Shown piece by piece: positions 11,231 to 24,055 of a stretch of 64,000 nucleotides of DNA. Source of the DNA: Octopus bimaculoides. Its lineage: Eukaryota. The position numbers and the translations under genes were made by a program. Below the pieces are notes generated by a model. That model had not been told where the DNA came from. It worked only from the letters and a program-made list of their open reading frames with translations, and did no database searches. Position 1 is the stretch's first letter; the number at the start of each line of letters is the position of its first letter. The stretch covers positions 7,781,759 to 7,845,758 of the forward strand of contig NC_068997.1 in the NCBI RefSeq assembly GCF_001194135.2, read 5' to 3'.

Positions 11231-13639
11231 CGATTATAAACAGATACAATGCATTTACATGTGGTCCATTTAGATGGGGTTTTTTTTCTTTGAGACTTTT
11301 TTTTTTCATGAAAGCAAAGCATGTTTGGCATGGAGGATCCCAGTTACTTAACAGATGACACTTACAGACAGAATCTTTAAGAGGAATAAGATGCAAAATC
11401 ATCTGTAAATGAGTGTGTGATTAAAAGTGATAGCAAGGTCATTAATGAATAGAAGGAAAAGTAAGGTAGATATAATTAACTGGAATTTTAAGATACAACA
11501 GAGATCATGGAAAATGGACCAGAGAGAATACGATTAGCAAATGCTGAAATAAAGTTATAATGGTAAATTTCTGAGACGAGAGATTTATGTTGTCTGCATA
11601 GAAGCAACTTAGAAGATTCTCAAACCAGAAATGTTGAAAGGTTTTGTTGTTTTTTTTTCGTTTGGTCTCTGTGAGTCTTGGGCAGCCTGCTGGAGCTTAG
11701 CAGCAGGTATAAAAAGGGGAATTTGACAAGACAGTCAGTCGGACGCTGACACTCATTGATGCTGCATCGAAGAGGCCAGGGAATAGAAGAAAGAAGACAT
11801 GCACCCAACACCAGAGCTGAAGACACCTCCGAAAGGGGGGAGCCCCGCCACGTCAAAACAGTAGAGGAGTAGGGGCCGAAACCGGATGTGGTTCCTCCTG
11901 ATGATGTCTTGAGCTAACTGGATCCGATAAAGGAGCTGTTGTGTTGTGGTAGCAGACCACGAAACATGGAATTCCTTAACCTTATATGACTTTAATCATC
12001 AAAGACATTTTAAATGTGATCATTCCATTTTTTTTTTATGGAATGTCTTTGATGTCAAGAGTAACAGGACTACTTTTGCTGAAGTTCTCAAGGGCAAGAG
12101 TCTGGTGATGTTTGTGCCACCATTCTATAAATTTGATCCTGTAAAAGCATATAGTTATAAAATTCCAGCCAGGCCTAAAACACTAAACCGCATTAACAGA
12201 TCAGCAAAGTGAAGCACTGCATAGCATTTTCCTCCTTCTTTGATAAACAGAGTTGTTAAGGTGAACTTGTGTGTAAACTCACATGTCTAGCTCATTGTGA
12301 AAAGTAAATAGACTTGTTAAAACATGTTTTTCACTGTGTGACCAGAAAAAGAACATCTGACAGATTAGTTTCAATGTTCCTGCCATTTAACTAGGGGTCA
12401 GTTGCTTGTATTTCTGACCACAGAGAAAATGGTAGCTTAGAGTTAATTATATTATACACAAATCCAGATATAAATTGATCTGTCCTAATTTGCAAAACAG
12501 TATCTTTCTTTTTTAAATTGCTGAGTAATGCTTTCTTTTCTATAACAACAAACTCATTAAGCTCTGGTATGGTCAATGACCATAACAAAGGAAACGTCTC
12601 TTCCATTACTGAACTTGTGCTCACCAGAGTTTGCTCCTGCCATCACCAAACTCTTCATTTTCTTGTAATGCTGCCTTTTCTATTTGTACCAAAACAATAT
12701 CTATCAGTGAAAGTCATGCCAACACATCATCGGAAGAACATCAACAGTTCTGGAACCCTCTTACTTTTTTCATATCATTTTTCTTTTTTTTATTTTCTTT
12801 CTCACACAGCCATGGTAAACAGCTATAGAAACATATTCTTACGTGACCACAACTCCAGCTTGTTCCACATCAATGAAAAAAAATTCTGGTTTGATAGAAT
12901 AAATCCAGCCTCTATGAAACAGCAACAACATTCATCACTGAAGAACAAGCCATCATCATTATTGAAATGAATATAGACAATTCCAACAACATAGAAGACA
13001 AATGTCTTGCCTAAGGTGTATTTTGGGAAACAATAAACCTGTCATCTTGGCCAAGTGTCTTTTCCTACAGCCCTGGGTTAACCTAAGCCTTGTGAGTGGC
13101 ACTGGATAAATGGAAACTGTATGGAAGCCCCTCAGATGAACTGTTAAAAGGTCCAGCCTCATCATGCTGATTCTCTCAAGGATTAAGAGTGTCTGCTTGA
13201 ATTAGTGTGCAAGTGGTTGAATATTCCAGAGCAGATAATTCAGCTGAGGAAGCAGCTGAATAATCCAGACTGAAACCAATGGAGATACATTTACAGTGCA
13301 TTGTTATGAAGATGTAGAATATAACTGGAACCCTGTTGGTTATGAGGACAAAGGTTCCAGTTGATCTGATCAACGGAACAGCTGGTTCAGGAAATAAACA
13401 CGTAAGCGGCTGAGTACTCCGCAGACACATATGCCCTTAACATAGTTCTCAGAAAGATTCAGCATGACACAGAATGTGACAAAGAATGGAGCAATGTGAA
13501 ATTAAGTGTCTTGCTCAAGGACACTATGAGCCACTGGGAATTGAACTCACAACGACTGAGTTGTGAGTTAAATACCCCAACCACTAGGCCACACACACTT
13601 TTACTCTGCAAAATATACTTTTGGAGATTGAATAACATA

Positions 13640-13900
13640 GCAAAGCTGGAAAATTACTGTTTGTAAATCTCACAACATAACATGGCAGTCCTGGTTTAGG
13701 ACGAATGTTGCTGTAATTTAGCCCCAGGAGACATCATCTCCAGCTGCCTATATAACACGATCTGTGTCCTTATATTTTCAAACAAGGGAATCTAGCACTC
13801 CCACTCTCCAGCTGGAGACGATTTCTCCTGGGGTTAAATGACAGCAACATTCGTCCTAAACCAGGACTGCCATGTTATGTTGGCAAACAATCTTTACTCC
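13640..13900. mobile_element. Palindromic repeat (about 70-bp inverted arms), copy 1
   Basis: caacataacatggcagtcctggtttaggacgaatg...cagctg / cagctg...cattcgtcctaaaccaggactgccatgttatgttg. Confidence 0.75.
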
Positions 13901-14495
13901 ATAGCAAAGCCGATTCATGTTTGCCTAATTTGCATGCCTTTTCAATACTCTTATGAACCTCCACATCTAAAAATATATGACAATATGAGAATAATATAGA
14001 ACAGCAACATACCAACAGACAAATACAGACATGAGCATTATTTTCCATTACACAAAAAATGATGATAGAGTGTATTAATAATTGACAATACCAAATGACT
14101 AGAATGTTGTGTAGAGATGAGCTGAAAAGCCAAGGAATTGCTCTGACCTAATTGTTAAATTGAAAATGTTATGGCACTTAAGGAATGTGTTCTCTAGCAT
14201 TCCATTTGTAATTAGTACAAATGGAATACACAACCACTTTTTAAAAGACAGATTACCAATAAGGACAGACATCAGCACATTCCAGGAAATAGAAATATGT
14301 GGGGATTCATAAATATTATTTAGGCAGGTCTTCACACAACGTTTGTTACCCGGAGACGTATTTGTGTAGATTTTCTGAATCCTTTTTCATGTAAGAAATG
14401 AAACTTTTGCTAGATTTCACAACCGATGAATTTATAAAAATTGCAAGAAGAATTATGATTATAATTATTATTGTTGTTAGTTAGTTATACTTTAC

Positions 14496-14645
14496 CAGCA
14501 ATAGATAATGTTGCGAGTTTAAATTCCGATCCATGAAATATCACAAAGCACAAATTCTTGTCTGCTTTTCTAGCTTCATCAGCCCATTTCTCAAAATCTT
14601 TGGAGTTTTTTCCGGGTCGTATTTCTTTCACTTCCCTCAAGTCAA
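14496..14645 (-). CDS. PLCG1: Phospholipase C-gamma exon (PH domain), 150 nt, phase 1-1
   Basis: Translates (V)DLREVKEIRPGKNSKDFEKWADEARKADKNLCFVIFHGSEFKLATLSIA, recognisably matching the vertebrate PLCG1 PH segment IDIREIKEIRPGKTSRDFDRY...CFVILYGMEFRLKTLSLQA (recalled). Polypyrimidine+AG acceptor (ttttccttttttttag) and gtaaag donor. Confidence 0.95.
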
Positions 14646-14856
14646 CTAAAAAAAGGAAAAAAAAAAAAAAAAAATGCAACATGATATAATGTGAATAAAA
14701 CAAAGTAAAGAAAAAGAATAAAGATATAAAAAAAAAACAAGAACAAAACTAAATAATGCAGAGAATAAAATTGAATTTACAAGTCTAAGTAAAAATACAA
14801 AGACATGAACAGTGATATGTAAACAAGGCAGAATACATGATACAGAGAGAGAGAGG

Positions 14857-14909
<53 letters not shown>

Positions 14910-15321
14910 TGTCAATGGAGGATCAACAGCCAGAGAAAGAAGCAGTGGTGAAAGGAAGAGGAGGGTGACATAGGGGGGGTTAGGTTAAATGGTCTTCGGT
15001 CAAAATTACTATCATTACTATAATTGCCACCATTAATTACATAGAAAGAAGCAACAAGAGAATCTTTATGCAGTTGTTTGACCTGCTAGAAATAGCAACT
15101 AAATCTTCCCGNNNNNNNNNNACTGACTGAAAAAAAAGAAAAGGAAGTCTTGATGGCTATGGCTGGACTGTCTTTTGAACATAGTCTTGCTTGACCAATA
15201 CTGACTGACCTTGAAAAACAAACAATGAACCAAGAAAGGAATCTCTATGCCGCTGGGGCGGGGGGGGGGCGTCAAACACCAGACCCGTGCCTGGATCCCT
15301 GCAGCCATGCTTAGGTTCACC

Positions 15322-15665
15322 TGTCTTTTGTCTCGGTCACTAGACTGTGGCCATGCTGGGGCACCACTTCGGCGGGTTTAGTTGGACAAATCAACCCCAG
15401 GACTTCTTTCTTTTTGTAATGCTTCCTACTTAGTCTATTGGTTTCTTTTTGCCAAACTGCTAAGTCACATAAACAAATCAAGACTGGTTGTCAAGTGGTG
15501 ATGGAAAACAAACACACACACCGTATCTCTTTTACTCTTTTACTTGTTTCAGTCATTTGACTGTGGCCATGCTGGAGCACTGCCTTTAGTTGAGCAAATC
15601 GACCCCAGGACTTATTCTTTGTAAGCCTAGTACTTATTTTATCACTCTTTTGCTGAACCGCTAAC
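15322..15665 (-). mobile_element. Two tandem SINE family A 3' portions
   Basis: Two copies of ...tgtggccatgctgg.gcac...aaatc.accccaggactt... Confidence 0.75.
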
Positions 15666-15734
15666 TTGTATGGAAGTTTATTGTCATTTTCAATTCTACA
15701 AAACTCTTTAAAATTCATTCTCTGCTTTAATCAC

Positions 15735-15963
15735 TTAACCCTTTCGTTACTGTATTTCTGTTGAGATGCTCTGTGCTTCTTTCAATTACTTTAAATATAA
15801 CAAAGAATTTAGTAAAATAACTTAGTTATCATTCAGCTAGTGTTAGGAACATAAATTGTGACTAATGTTTGGGGGAAGATTTTCATTCAGAACTTATGAA
15901 AACAAGACATTTATACCACAGAGCCAGAGGTGGCTTTAGCCAGGTTCATAATGAAAGGGCTAA
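15735..15963. mobile_element. piggyBac-type MITE family 1 copy
   Basis: ttaaccctttcgttac ... atgaaagggctaa. Confidence 0.78.
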
Positions 15964-16394
15964 TGAATTCTTCATTAAAAATAACCAACTGAAACCATCC
16001 ACCTCTGCCAATATATTGCACATCCAGGTTTCGGTTCAAGTAATCCTAATGCATATCCTGTTTTGCCTTGTCTTTTTTAAAATGCATTTCATCATATATT
16101 TATTTAATTTCAGTTTTTCCTGATGAAACAACTATAAACAACAACTAAAAAAAGAGAAATCAGCAAAAACACTTGAACAACATTTGAAATGTCATCAACA
16201 ACAACAAGAACAACAAAAGCAACCAGTTATTCTATGAAATATTAATTAGGAGGAAAACATCTGCAGGAGATGGAAAATTAATAAATGAAAAAAAAAAACC
16301 CCACACCAAATAATAAAGCTATCAGATTATATAATTATTTATTTCTAAAATACTAAAAACCTTACATTGTACAAATGTTTATTCATTTCAAGAG

Positions 16395-17045
16395 AAAAAA
16401 AAACATACAATCTACCAAGCCACCATTGGAAATCTAGTCATACTCAAAAGGGCTGCTACCATCCACATTAGCACAACGAAAGGGAGAGATTGAACAGATG
16501 CTGAAGCAGAGGCAAGTAGATGTGGTTGCATGCAAGTGGTAAGATGGAGGTGAGCCTCAGCCATACATCTCACAGGCAAGAAATGAAACCTTGAATTCTT
16601 TTCAATGGGAAACAGTGATGGATTGAATGGAATAGGCATGTTATCAGAGAAATGGTAAGAAAAAATAAATGAAGTAGTTTGAGTGTAACAGAATAATAAC
16701 TTAGCTTCGATTAATTATGGACAATAAGACAGTAATAATAATGCACACACAGACACACACCACAACCAAGATGACTACATGAAGGGAAGGACTGCTTTGA
16801 TGAAGACGAACTAAAAGTGAATGACAACAATCTCATTATGATACTTGGTAATTTTAATGGGTGTATTGGTAACACAATTAAAGCTTCTCCGATATATATA
16901 ATGGTTGCAAATATGGTATGAGAAATGAGGAGGGATCAAGGTCACTGGAGTTCTGTGACACAATCTAAACATTGGCAACTTTAAACCAACCATGGCTTGG
17001 AAAAAACCACCATGCTTAGCATTTGTCAACCAGGAAAAGGGTTCT
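16395..17045 (+). mobile_element. Decayed RTE-type LINE apurinic endonuclease fragment
   Basis: Frameshifted EMLKQRQVDVV...VRWRG, GNSDGLNGIGMLSEKW and ILGNFNGCIG motifs of the RTE APE domain. Confidence 0.7.
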
Positions 17046-18510
17046 AGCAATGAAAAGAAAAAGAGAAAAGAAGAAGAAAAAAAACAGTCAAAAATCTTTG
17101 AAGAGATTTGCTGATTCAGTTATCCTTTATTATTACTAGTGTCTAATTTATCAAATGAAGAGAATCAAAAAGAAAGAAAAAAAAAGAAAAGTGGGGATGG
17201 GGGATTTTTAACCTAAATAGAAAATCGTTTTAAATCCATGAAATTACTGAAAATGATAAAATATCAAATCTTGCTCTCTCTCTCTCTCTCTCTCTGTTGA
17301 CTCCATAACACTTAACAATAAAGACAATAAAATCATCAATGCCTAAGATAATTAATTGGGAAGTGGGTCTAGTGGTGCAATGATTTAAATGGCCATCCTG
17401 CAGGACAAACAGTTGAGGGCTGTATTAAGCAGATCCCCATCAAGTGTCCTTCTTATTAATGTCCAAATGAGAAGCAAGCAGCTCTATAGAGTGGATTCTA
17501 TAGAATTGCAGGCAAAGCCTTTTCAAAAAGAAACCAGAGTCAAGCATGCAGCTTATATTGTACAAGAGAAATGCAGAAAGACCCTGTTGTTTAGTTCCAG
17601 GCGAACTCTGATCAAGCAGACCCATGATCAAAGACATTCCAGTTGTGATCATCCAGTCTTTTTCTATTGGCAGGAAATCTAAGACCACATTGTGCAACAT
17701 GGCATTTTACCAAGATGATTGGGTGTAATATGAGAAGAAATAAGCTATCTTCAACAGGTCCAGTGACCATGTAAAGGCATTTCTCATTGGTTGAAGGTTC
17801 TGTTGAGAAAATGGTAGAATGTGAGAGATTTGTAGATGATAAAGGAATAATATGTGTGGCTTGTGAGTGTGTAAAGGAGTGGTGGATAAGGTCAAAGTTA
17901 CACCAATTCTCTCGACCAGGAAGTGAGTTAATGTTTTAGGAACAAAATTGTGTGAATTGCTCAAAACATTTTGTTACATTTTTTGATGTATCCTTGTTTG
18001 TTTATTGTGTATGTATTTAATGTTTACAGAGGGCAGAGGAAGGCCAGAATATGAAACAGTTTCGTAGAAAGAATATATATTGATTTATATTGCAAAAACA
18101 ATGTCATCTGAGAGCAACCTTTCATTTGGCCTTGTGTCATGGTAATAATAAATATGCTGAGATTAAGTAAGGTTACGCCATTAGAAACTGGATCTATAAT
18201 AAACACACCCTTTTCTTTTAAGATAACCCATTTCTCTTGCTCTTTCTTTCTTCTATTATTCACAACGGAATAAATTTAAATAAAAGCTTGCCTTTTCTTA
18301 TATCTGAAAATTACATATATATACATATATATATATATAAAATTTTTAAATATTTATATAGAGAGACAGACTGGTGGATAGAGAATCAGCATAGTTTTGT
18401 GGTTAAACCGTTTGCTTTATAGCTGAAGGGGTTTGGGTTCAATTCCACAGCAGAGCCCTTTGAGCAAAGAATCATTTAATGAAGCTTTGGCTGACCAACA
18501 CCTCAGACAG

Positions 18511-18578
18511 AAACTGTTCAAATTTATTATTCTTAAACTGTTCAAATTTATTATTCTTAAACTGTTCAAATTTATTAT
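18511..18578. repeat. 24-bp tandem repeat, about 2.8 copies
   Basis: Unit aaactgttcaaatttattattctt. Confidence 0.9.
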
Positions 18579-21500
18579 ATGTAATATGTGTGTATAAATA
18601 CACACACACACACACACACATAAAGAGAAAGAAAGAAGAATCATCCTCAATGCTTAAAATGAAGTAGATTTTGGTCGAACATTAACAGAGATATAACAGT
18701 AATAGCTTGTAGTATTTAATTTAGCTTCTAACATTCTGAGTTCAAATCCAACTTAAGTTAAATCTGCCTTTCATCTTTGTAGAATTGATAAATAAGATAT
18801 CGATCGAGGGCAGAGGGCTGGCAGAAATGGTAAAGCATCAAACTGCTGTCATGTGTTATTAGTTCTGGGTCTTGCACTCTGAGCTGAAATTCTGCTACGA
18901 ACAGCCATTAACACCACCACCTGGTCATTGGACACTTTAGCAGAGTCCACTCTGTTGCAGGCATTTGGACCAGGGCACTGGCTTGATGATAGCATCACTC
19001 CCTCCCTCCCACCAGTCTCATAAACCTGTAATGGGTCAGGGAACACTGCCCTTCCTCTAGAACATAAAATGATGAAAATAAAAATCAAGGTAGATAAGTT
19101 CATTGTATTGCTCTAACCCACAGCAAGAGACCTGTATGAAACATGTTAGAAACACATGAATCACAAATCAGTCATGTCACAACACACCTTCAAGAGGATG
19201 TGAACTCATGACCCACCAACCAATGAGTCAATTGTTAGGTAGCTTATCTGTTCAGGAATTTCTGATCACAAATAAATAAACAGAGTCTCTATGTGGTTCC
19301 CTCAATCTGCTAGAAATAGCAGTCAAATCTCTCACATCATATATTATTTTCCTTAACAAAAAAAAACAAAAAAACATTGAATAGTATGGTTTGTGATACG
19401 CTGTTCCTGAAAACAAGACAAGATGGTCACATGTGGAAGGCTGCTCAGTCAGGAGTTGTCATGACTGGAATTCATTTGTTCATACAGTCTTCTCAATCAG
19501 AGCTGACCAATGGCTAAACAACAACAATACCTCGAATGAGAAATATGTCTAGAGTTGCTCAGCCTGCTAGAAACAGCAACCAAAATTACTTCAACTCATA
19601 TTCTACCATCTTGAGAAAGAAAAGTCACACTGAACAATGTAGTGAAAGATCAGCTATGGCGCCAGAATGTCTGGTCGTGGCTGAAACATCTTGGGCCATA
19701 GATGTAGCCAATCAGGGTTGGTCGGGGTCTGAAGGAGGAGTGTGACAATGACAATATATTTGAAATCTTTTTCCTTTCCAAATGAAAATCAAAGAATTTT
19801 ATTTTTCCCAAATATGCAAATTTAGTTTAGAAAAAGCAATATTTTCCAATGCAATATTTAAAACCTCATTTGAATAGGGGACCAAGGCATATATTTAAAA
19901 ATCCCAATTTCGTCCTGATGAAACAGATCTCTGGTCAAAAGGTGCTCCAGAGTTAACAAAACCATCTTTTTGTATATATAGGACACCATTTACCTAATGT
20001 GCCCATCTTGTTTTCAGATTGTAGGGTGAGTTTAACGGGAAATAGGCTGCTGTTTTCAAAAGCTCCAATAACATATAGCTTCTCTTGTTAGTTTTGTCAT
20101 TGTTCATATTGCTGCTTTTAACCACAGGTCAACCCTGATTGAGCCACGACCAGCCAGTTTTTTTTTTGTTTAGCAGTATCAAGGAGTACAATATGTATTG
20201 AACACTTTCTTTTATTAACGAATGTCAGATGTGGTTTGATAGAAGTTTGGCTGATATTTCTAGCATTTCTTGTAGTCACTAAGCGAGTCCATGGTTCCCT
20301 ACAGAACACAAACTGATCTAAACTCATGAACTTCAACTTCCACCTGTACTGGGTGCCACATATGAAGCACCCTTTGTACATTCTGTAAAGTGGTTGGCAT
20401 TAGGTAGGGTGTCCAGCCATAGAGATCACACCTGAGCAGACAATGGAGCCTGGTACAGCTCTGGTTTGCCAGCTCCTGTCAAACCATTCAACCCGTGCTA
20501 GTATGAAAAAAGGGCACTACGTGATGATGATGATGATGATGATGATGGTGGGCACCAAATTTTGTAATATTAACTACCATCTATCATGCTGCCATGTATA
20601 TGTAACATATTAAGCATAGACTTGTGCATGGGTTGGCCTTAATCGAATGACAAATGGTAATAATCAACCTTGTCACGATTTGAAATTAAAACAAAGAATG
20701 TGGTTGGCGGGTGAACTACACGTTGTACGACATTCAATCCAGCAACAGACTAGCTCGAAACAGTAACTTGATACTGATTTGAATGTATGTTAAAATGATG
20801 AGTGACAAACAGAGTAACAACACTTCAAACGTAATAGAATAGTTCCAAACACACCTTACAGGCATTCAGCTATTCTGTTGACATGAAGCCACTAAACTAT
20901 GGATGGTGAAGACAGAAAGCATCCCTGGTCAGAGGAGATACGTTTGCCTGCTAAGTTAACTACATCTCTATTCCACCCGTTACCAAATATATTCAATTCC
21001 TCAACTAAGACAGTAAAAGAAAGCAATTTTCTGAACTATAAGAAAAAAAAGAAAAAAAAAAGAGGGGGGGGCTCACATTACACACCCAGCCGACCATTAC
21101 CATAACAATTCCTTGCAGACATAACAAACTGCTCTCGTTTCAGTTTCTGACTGACTGTGTAAGAAAGAAGGGTGGAATATGGCTAGAGACACATCAATAG
21201 GGTCAGACGGAGCGGCATAGACAGAGAGACAAACAAACAGATAGACGAATACACGCACACACACACACACACACATAAAGAGAGTTTAACAAATAAAGTT
21301 AGGCCGACAGATTCTCCTCAGTATATCTCAGCTAAAGAATATCCCCTAGAAAACCTGCCTCTTTTTCAGTGGTAACCTCCGCCCATTCCAGTTGTTATCG
21401 CATACACACTGTCTCATAAAATGTGTCCTTGATAGCGTTGGCGACAACACAAACTCACCTAAATGTCTTCAGGTGTTACCATGAACTAAATCGATGCAAA

Positions 21501-21665
21501 TTCCTCCCGGTTTAACCGGAAACACAACCACCATCACTACCACTGCTAGCACAATCCCAATCACCATCCTTAACTCCACACAATGATGTATATTGTTTCT
21601 AAACAGGCCCTACACACACTCACACATCATTTTATGTTAATTACATCCATAATTATAGGATAGGT

Positions 21666-21830
21666 GCAGGAGTGGCTGTGTGGTAAGAAGCTTGCTTCCC
21701 AACCACATGGTTCCAGGTTCAGTCCCACTGCGTGGCACCTTGGACAAGTATCTTCTACTATAGTCTCGGGCCGACCAAAGCCTTGTGAGTGGATTTGATA
21801 GATGGAAACTGAAAGAAGCCCATCATATAT
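21666..21830 (+). mobile_element. SINE family A, 5' half
   Basis: Matches the head of 10840-11230. Confidence 0.8.
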
Positions 21831-22547
21831 ATAAACATTATATATATCATCATCATCCTCGTTTAACATCCATCGTTAATGCATGGGTAGGACAGTTGAC
21901 AGGAGCCAACCAGGTAGAAAAACTACCCTAGGTTACTGTGTCTGTTTTGGCAGAGGTTTTACAGCTCAATGCCCTTCCTAACATCAACCACTCCACTGAG
22001 TGGACTCAGTGCTCTTTATGTGACACCAGCACAGGTGAGTTTAGTTTTGCCATGATTTTCACAGCTGGATGCCCTTCCAAATGCCAACCCCATTAGTATA
22101 GTCTGGATGCTTTTAACGTGGTACCAGCACTGGCAGGGGTCACCATGTAACTTTTGCAAGACAAGCAATTTTGAAAGGGGCTGAGAGAGGGTATTTGAGG
22201 AGGAGATCTTATGTCAGAGGTTGAAAGGTTAGAAGTGTGACAAACAGACAGAAGCAGGTATCTTGCCACAACAGAAGGGGCATTAGAGGTATCATATATA
22301 AATGAAGCTGTCAAGACATGACCAACTATCTTTTATTCTGACATAATATATCTAGAACAATTTATCTAATATAGCCTTCCTTTTAATAAATAGTAGAATT
22401 TAACTTGGAGATTTGGCTGCTAACTCTAGGAGATCAACCAGAGGTTTCCTCATTATCAACAGTTAATCAAAAGTGCAAAAACTACTCAATAAATATTACT
22501 ATGGAAAATGGATGCAAGATGTTCATGAAAATCATACGTGTGCGTGT

Positions 22548-22755
22548 GTGTCTGCCTGTGTTTGTCCCCCCACCCACCACCATCGCTTGACACCGATGTT
22601 GGTGTGTTTACGTCCCCATAACTTTGCGGTTCGGCAATAGGGAATGATAGAATAAGTACTAGGCTTACAAAGAATAAATCCTGGTGTCGATTTCTTCGAC
22701 TAAAAGCGCTGCTCCAGCATGGCCGCAGTCAAATGACTGAAGCTAGTAAAAGAAT
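22548..22755 (+). mobile_element. SINE family A, 3' half
   Basis: Matches the tail of 10840-11230. Confidence 0.8.
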
Positions 22756-23076
22756 AAAACATCGCTAAGATGCTGGATTAATTAATCCTCAGCGTAGAGT
22801 GAATAAGAGCAAAAGGGCTGAATTTGTAACAAGGCCATGACCGGTTTTTCCTAAAATGAGAGAAATGAAATAATAGTTTCGATCAACAAATCACAAGCAG
22901 GATGCGAACTCGGTTCACATAGAACCAAAATACGACGCCTAGTGTCATATTTGTAAAAACGGGGGATTTCTATTCGATTTCGAAAACATCTAAATTTAAC
23001 GCCAGTTCTATAGCTGACTGGCACCTTAGATAATTTCCCAAACCAGATAAACCCATCCTCTGTATGTATGTATGTA

Positions 23077-23129
<53 letters not shown>

Positions 23130-23437
23130 NNNNNNNNNNNNNNNNNNNNNNNNNNNNNNNNNNNNNNNNNNNNNNNNNNNNNNNNNNNNNNNNNNNNNNN
23201 NNNNNNNNNNNNNNNNNNNNNNNNNNNNNNNNNNNNNNNNNNNNNNNNNNNNNNNNNNNNNNNNNNNNNNNNNNNNNNNNNNNNNNNNNNNNNNNNNNNN
23301 NNNNNNNNNNNNNNNNNNNNNNNNNNNNNNNNNNNNNNNNNNNNNNNNNNNNNNNNNNNNNNNNNNNNNNNNNNNNNNNNNNNNNNNNNNNNNNNNNNNN
23401 NNNNNNNNNNNNNNNNNNNNNNNNNNNNNNNNNNNNN

Positions 23438-23468
<31 letters not shown>

Positions 23469-23977
23469 CACATACCTAAATTTACATCGTACAAATGCAG
23501 AGAGGCACAGGCAAAACTACTTTTCTATATAAATCCACACACACACACACACATAACTGCAGGCATTACCCAATTGCTCACGGCGACGACGGCTACGATG
23601 ATAGGCAGAAAGACAAAACCTCGCTATCTAACCTGACCTTATTTCCAGTTACTTTTACCACCACCACCACCACCGACAACACATCTGCTAATACCACCAC
23701 CACCACCACCATTACCATCATCATCACTAACATCACCAAAGCAGCAGGGCAGAAGAAATGAGGTTAAAATGCCATTCTATCACGCAACACATACACACAC
23801 ATGTATAATAAAAATATTTCAATGACTTCACCACAGATTAGCTTCATAGTAAGATATTAGACACACACTAACCATATAATTCCACTTGTTCAAACACTAC
23901 CGCCACCAGCTCTCTAACACAAACCCCTGTCTCACCCAACCCTTATTCTTACTCCAGCCCCACCATCCTAATCATAG

Positions 23978-24055
<78 letters not shown>

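Noticed and set aside
12391-12900. Coding-like decayed minus-strand sequence and the overlapping 150-aa plus ORF
   Set aside because: Multiple stops and frameshifts, no identifiable domain; possibly an old transposon relic.
22851-23065. Minus-strand ORF EDGFIWFGKLSKVPVSYRTG...
   Set aside because: ORF length is inflated by an N gap and microsatellite; no recognisable homology or donor site.
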